NCBI GenBank assembly: GCA_964016885.1
Contig: OZ024749.1
Location: 45,632,001 to 45,696,000 of the forward strand
Direction: 5' to 3'
Origin: Eledone cirrhosa
Taxonomy: Eukaryota
Length of the DNA: 64,000 bases
Made by a program: the position numbers and the translations under genes. Below the pieces are notes generated by a model, which was not told the origin of the DNA, did not search any database, and saw only the letters and a list, made by a program, of their open reading frames with translations. Below are positions 59,008 through 64,000 of this stretch, piece after piece (position 1 is the first letter of the stretch; the number at the start of each line of letters is the position of its first letter).

Positions 59008-59901
59008 ATTTTATCATTCCAATCCTATTTAAGTCCTTTAATTTTTTCTATTTCCATAGTATTATTATATCTATTTTCATTGTTTCTATCAATAGTTTGT
59101 TCTTCATTTTAATTTTCATACATTTCTTACTTCTCTCCTAGCTCTATTTCTTTCATATATGATGTCTGTATTCCTTACTAATTTTTTTACCATAATTTCG
59201 TTTTTTCCAATACCTCTCTTTCGTTCTGTGTCTTCCTCCTTTGCTTAGTTTTTTTCATTCTCACGATTTCTTTTCTAGCTATCAAACATTTAAAATCTCT
59301 TAACCCTCTCTCATTGAGGCCCTGTTCGCTTCTCGTTCGTTCCCACACACACCTTCTTTCTCTTCTCAATCTTTCTTTCTCTCTTTCTTTCTACCTTTCT
59401 CTATTTCTCTCACTCAAAAGCACACCAACATTCTGCCTTTCCTTTACGCATGCACACACAAATACATTCACAAACACATTCATATGGAGATATACTATTT
59501 CCCTTCTCTTTCTCTGTTTATCTCTCCTCCTTTCTCTCTATCTATCTCACTCTCTCTAGCTATCTATATCTGTCTCTCCCTACTCCTCTACGTGTTACCC
59601 ATTTTCTAATGTGTCCGTATTCTAGCCTTCTTTTCTGATGAGCAATAATACAAAGTGCATAACGTGATAGTTATAGATAATTGCGTTATAGATTGCCCAT
59701 TCCCATGCAGTAATTTTGAATAGAACTACTAAGTTCCTTCTACGGGAAGGAGGCCATTTTTCTGCTCAGATGCACCTGTTAGACACAGAGATAAGAATGC
59801 TTCCGTGAAAATCCAAATGCACAGTATCAAGGTTCACGTCTCAGCAAATCATACATATTCGGAAAGTTGACTCTGTGTACACACACACACTGAATTATGT
59901 G

Positions 59902-59992
<91 letters not shown>

Positions 59993-60012
59993 ATATCTAT
60001 CTATCTATCTAT
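59902..60012. repeat. (CTAT)n / GATA tetranucleotide microsatellite
   Basis: Directly visible. Confidence 0.98.
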
Positions 60013-60116
60013 ATATATAGAGGGGAGATGTATGCGGGTACGTGTGTATATAAACATACACATGTATGTATATATAAATATACACACACATATATATATA
60101 TATGAATACATATCTA

Positions 60117-60211
<95 letters not shown>

Positions 60212-60242
60212 ATATAGATACATACATACGTATATATGTATA

Positions 60243-60311
<69 letters not shown>

Positions 60312-60400
60312 CATATATATATATGTGTGTGTGTGTGTGTATGCGGAACTGTGTGTATATATTAACTGTCATCATATATGTAAACAGTTACACACATACA

Positions 60401-60456
<56 letters not shown>

Positions 60457-61179
60457 TATATATGTGTGTGGGTATGTGTGTGTGTGTATATATATGTGTC
60501 TATTTGTGTGTGAATGTGTGTATTCGTACATATGTGTGAGTATCCATGTGTGTGCATATCACTGTTTATATGTATATTTAACGTCCAGCAGTGGCCAGCA
60601 AGGAAGCTGGTCCGGTCAGATGACGTCAGTGCTAAGCGAACCAAAGAACCAGTCATTATCGACCAAAGGGGAAAGAGGATTTTGACACTACACTTCTGAA
60701 ATACAATGGGAGATGTCAGTGGGAGAATAAATGCACAGATTTGTTTCCACTCTCTGGACTTCTGCTGGACGCAGCAAGCGGAAAGATAAGCTCGGGACAG
60801 CAATACGAAGAAAACAAAGAACGGGAAAGAGATGTAGGAGCGTTGATAGCGTTATAGTTTCTTTATATAAGTGGTGGGAGCATAATTAGTGCTCACACAA
60901 GCTCAACCGAATGGTGAAGAAAAAGTTGAGATTGAGAGATATATTGGGGAAAGAAAATTGAAATATTAGTAAAATATAAGAATAGATGGTGGGAGAGAGA
61001 GATGGGGGGATAGAGAGAGAGCGAGAGAAGTTCATTGCTACTCAAATACTCAACCAGTTATTCGTAGTCACAAATGTCTACAGCATCCTGAAAAGTAAAT
61101 TATAACATTTCTAAACATGCACATATATCATTGCTCTCAAACATACACATAGACACAAACATACACACACTCACACACG

Positions 61180-61210
<31 letters not shown>

Positions 61211-61243
61211 CATACATATATATATACATATATATATATATAC

Positions 61244-61292
<49 letters not shown>

Positions 61293-61317
61293 CATATATA
61301 TATATATACATATATAT

Positions 61318-61394
<77 letters not shown>

Positions 61395-61524
61395 AGTGTG
61401 TGGGTGTTTGTGGAGGGGTAAATGTGCTAAAGATGTGCGTTCGAATGCAAATGATTCTAGCCAGAATCCATAAATTTAAATAATTGAGACAAATCAGGTA
61501 GAGTGCCATTCTAGTGACCTCATG

Positions 61525-61716
61525 GGCGGTGGATTGGCAGTATCGGTAGAGGGTCGGACGCCATGCTTTGACGCATAGAGTTACGGCCCTTACCAATCTG
61601 AGTTCAAATCCCGCCGAGGTTAACTTTGCCTTTCATCCTTACGGGGTCGATGTAATAAAGTACCAGTAATACACTGGAGTATTTCTGGCCTTGTGCCAAA
61701 AGTAGAAACAATTATT
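61525..61716 (+). mobile_element. SINE family A, full length
   Basis: Matches the consensus. Degenerate 15-bp TSD at 61508-61522 and 61711-61725. Confidence 0.94.
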
Positions 61717-62014
61717 GTGATCTCAATTTAAAAGTGTTGTCTTCTTCTTAAAACTGGTTATGCGTAGCCGGAGGCTCGCGTAATTTCCCGATGCTTAATT
61801 TTACATAATATCGCTTACTTGGAGAGCTTCGCGTTTGTATATCTATCTTTATGTATTCTTACTGTTCATATGTTACGATTGGGGAGAGTAGTAAGGAAAC
61901 ACATACACATACGCAAATACAGGCTTATGCATGTGCATGCTTGCATACGTAAATATATACATGTAGATAGATAGTAACTTACATGTAGATGGATAGCAAC
62001 ATGCATATACACAA

Positions 62015-62098
<84 letters not shown>

Positions 62099-62101
<3 letters not shown>

Positions 62102-62321
62102 ATGAAAGGGTGAAGGCAGCGATTCTTTGCTTAAACTTTAATCTGTTATTTTCATAAAGAAATATATATATATATACATATCAATGATATTAATACATGG
62201 AAACTATCTTTATAAACTATCTACATATTTATTTTATTATATATATTTCAAGGGTACCAACATTTTTGTACGCCCTCATCAGATAAAATACAAAAATTGT
62301 TTTATAAATATTGATATATCC
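62099..62321 (-). mobile_element. hammerhead-bearing PLE pLTR-like unit, same family as 9.6-10.4 kb
   Basis: Same motif order as 9814-10358 in the opposite orientation. Further fragments at ~62565-62680 and 63001-63030. Confidence 0.75.
62230..62290 (-). ncRNA. minimal type I hammerhead ribozyme
   Basis: Minus strand reads TATTTTAT CTGATGA GGGCGTAC-aaaaatgttg-GTACCCTT GAAA TATATA TA^ATAAAATA. 8-bp stem I, stem II 7/8 paired (two G-U), palindromic stem III. Confidence 0.82.
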
Positions 62322-62499
62322 AAAAAGAAGAACTTATTGTTTTAAGTTCATTTTGGATGGTGAAAGAAATTTCAAATCATAGGATGAAATATGTTAATGA
62401 GGCTAAACCTACATTTGAAAAAGATCGTTATGCCGAGGCCGAGGTATTCCGTACTTCTCTGTACTGTTTCAGAAAGAAGGGATAAACATGCCAATCTAC

Positions 62500-62552
62500 G
62501 TTTTGAATCCCGAGCAACGCCGGGCCATTCTGCTACGGGCCATTCTGCTAGT
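62500..62552 (-). mobile_element. Helitron/Helentron-type non-autonomous element terminus
   Basis: Minus strand ACTAGCAGAATGGCCCG(dup)GCGTTGCTCGGG. The ACTAG start plus CCCG...CGGG subterminal hairpin is recalled as typical of such elements. Contains a 15-bp internal duplication. Confidence 0.5.
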
Positions 62553-62687
62553 GGATAATAACATAAATATGGTTTATTAATATCATTGATATTATACTCC
62601 AGATATTATACTCTAGAAAACTGTAGAGTGCTTCGAATCTGTTATAATTAAATTTGTTGAATATCTAACAAATTAAATATCTATTTG

Positions 62688-62738
<51 letters not shown>

Positions 62739-62926
62739 AGATAGATAGATAGATAGAAACATGCATATATACATACATGTAGATAAATAGTTATATGAAT
62801 AGTATGTATATGTCCAAATATTACTTCCATAAAATAATTAAGTAGAGGATAATTAATAGATGGTGTAGAACATAACCTTTGTTTTACAGCACTCACATAG
62901 AGAAACATACACTCACACCCATACAC

Positions 62927-62988
62927 ACAGCTATCTAGCTGTCGAAATGGACGGAGCTCAGCCGTCGGGGGTCCTGACTTTTTTCCTA
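62927..62988 (+). repeat. truncated hammerhead (stem II plus 3' half), same family as 6414-6556
   Basis: ACAGCTA-tc-TAGCTGTC GAAA TGGACGGAGCTCAGCCG TC GGGGGTCC. The CTGANGA core is absent. Confidence 0.7.
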
Positions 62989-63098
62989 TATACATATATA
63001 TAACTTTAATCTGTTATTTTAATAAATAAATATATATATATATATATATAAGTAGTTCCATAACAGTTAGTCCAATCTTTCTCTCTCTCTCACTGTCC

Positions 63099-63137
<39 letters not shown>

Positions 63138-63812
63138 TCTTTCTCTCTCTCTCTATATATATATATACAGAGAGATAGAGAGGGCGGAGAGAGGAAAAAA
63201 ATGAAAGAGAATTGCTTCTGTAATATTCAGAAATATATACCATGTTTTAATCTTCACCTTCTATATACACCGAATCTTTATTAACATTTCACTCTATATA
63301 GCTAACTATGTATCTTACCTATTCCTGTAAAATGGTATTCCTATCTACATTTCTATGTCATTATACTCTCTTTCCCTCCTTTATCGTCTCAGGCTTTCAA
63401 TCCCTACTTCATTCATTTCTATCTAGATGTGAATACTTAACATTAATTTCACTATATAAGTCTCTGTTCTTCTCTAATACCATACATTATTTAACATCTT
63501 TTCTCTCTCCCACGTACTCACTTTATATCGCTTTATATCTATTTAACTAGCTCTTTCTCTCTTTCTCTCTCTCCCCCCCTCTCTCCATCCCACCCCCACC
63601 CCCTCTCTATCTCTCTCTCTGGTCCACTCTTCCACTTATTGCTCTTCACCGACACCATTCCGCTGCACAACTTCATTCTTGTCTTCCCGTAGCTATTGTA
63701 CATTTTAGGAGATCGTGTGTAGTCAGTGTAATAACCACACAGATATTACACTCGTTATATTATTGGCTGTCAGCTACAACATGTGCCCTTGGCTGTAATT
63801 TCATGTCCCGTG

Positions 63813-64000
63813 CAGGTGGTGAAACCTTTCGACCGAGAGCAAAGTTTCCTTGATGCCATCGCCAAATACAGCTAGTAGCGTCAAACCGTTCGCTTGGAAG
63901 GAGCCGTTTTACGCGCCATTAGACTGACCTATGAATGACAAGTCAACTGCGGTACGAACGATCGTGGGCAGCATGGTAAGAACAAGGAACCAGTCTATTC
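63813..64000 (+). pseudogene. probable decayed RTE-clade LINE reverse transcriptase fragment
   Basis: With stops and a frameshift reads VVKPFDR...VLRAIRLTY..KSTAVRTIVG, the order expected for the KAFDR...Y...T.VRT segment of non-LTR RTs. Judged by eye only. Confidence 0.45.

Noticed and set aside
59630-59670. Plus-strand CTGATGA-GCA...TGC
   Set aside because: GAAA is absent (ATAA instead) and stems I and III are unsupported.
60621-60628. Perfect CRE palindrome TGACGTCA
   Set aside because: A single 8-mer is unremarkable in 64 kb and there is no promoter context.

Overview
Very AT-rich, repeat-saturated eukaryotic DNA, intronic or intergenic in character. The microsatellite load and SINE families suggest a cephalopod (octopus-like) genome; this is an inference. 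Nearly all ORFs in the supplied track are translations of (TA)n, (CA)n, (GA)n or trinucleotide repeats. The window supports: (1) 19 recent copies or fragments of one ~190-bp tRNA-derived SINE (family A), ten with target-site duplications that begin with an ATTATT-like motif, plus three copies of a second, CORE-like tRNA SINE (family B); (2) four complete minimal type I hammerhead ribozymes (9.6, 16.3, 53.4, 62.3 kb) and one degenerate one (17.0 kb), all on the minus strand, in short non-coding repeats resembling Penelope-like (PLE) pLTRs or retrozymes; three share a C-C mismatch at position 4 of stem II, with compensatory changes in neighbouring pairs; (3) eight fold-back palindromes, two of them (possibly three) hammerhead 3' halves folded about stem II and two centred on (TA)n; (4) one credible minus-strand terminal coding exon of unknown product (23734-23939); (5) weak RTE-LINE reverse transcriptase remnants, a Helitron-type terminus and a 200-N assembly gap. 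No intact protein-coding gene, tRNA, rRNA or CRISPR array was found.
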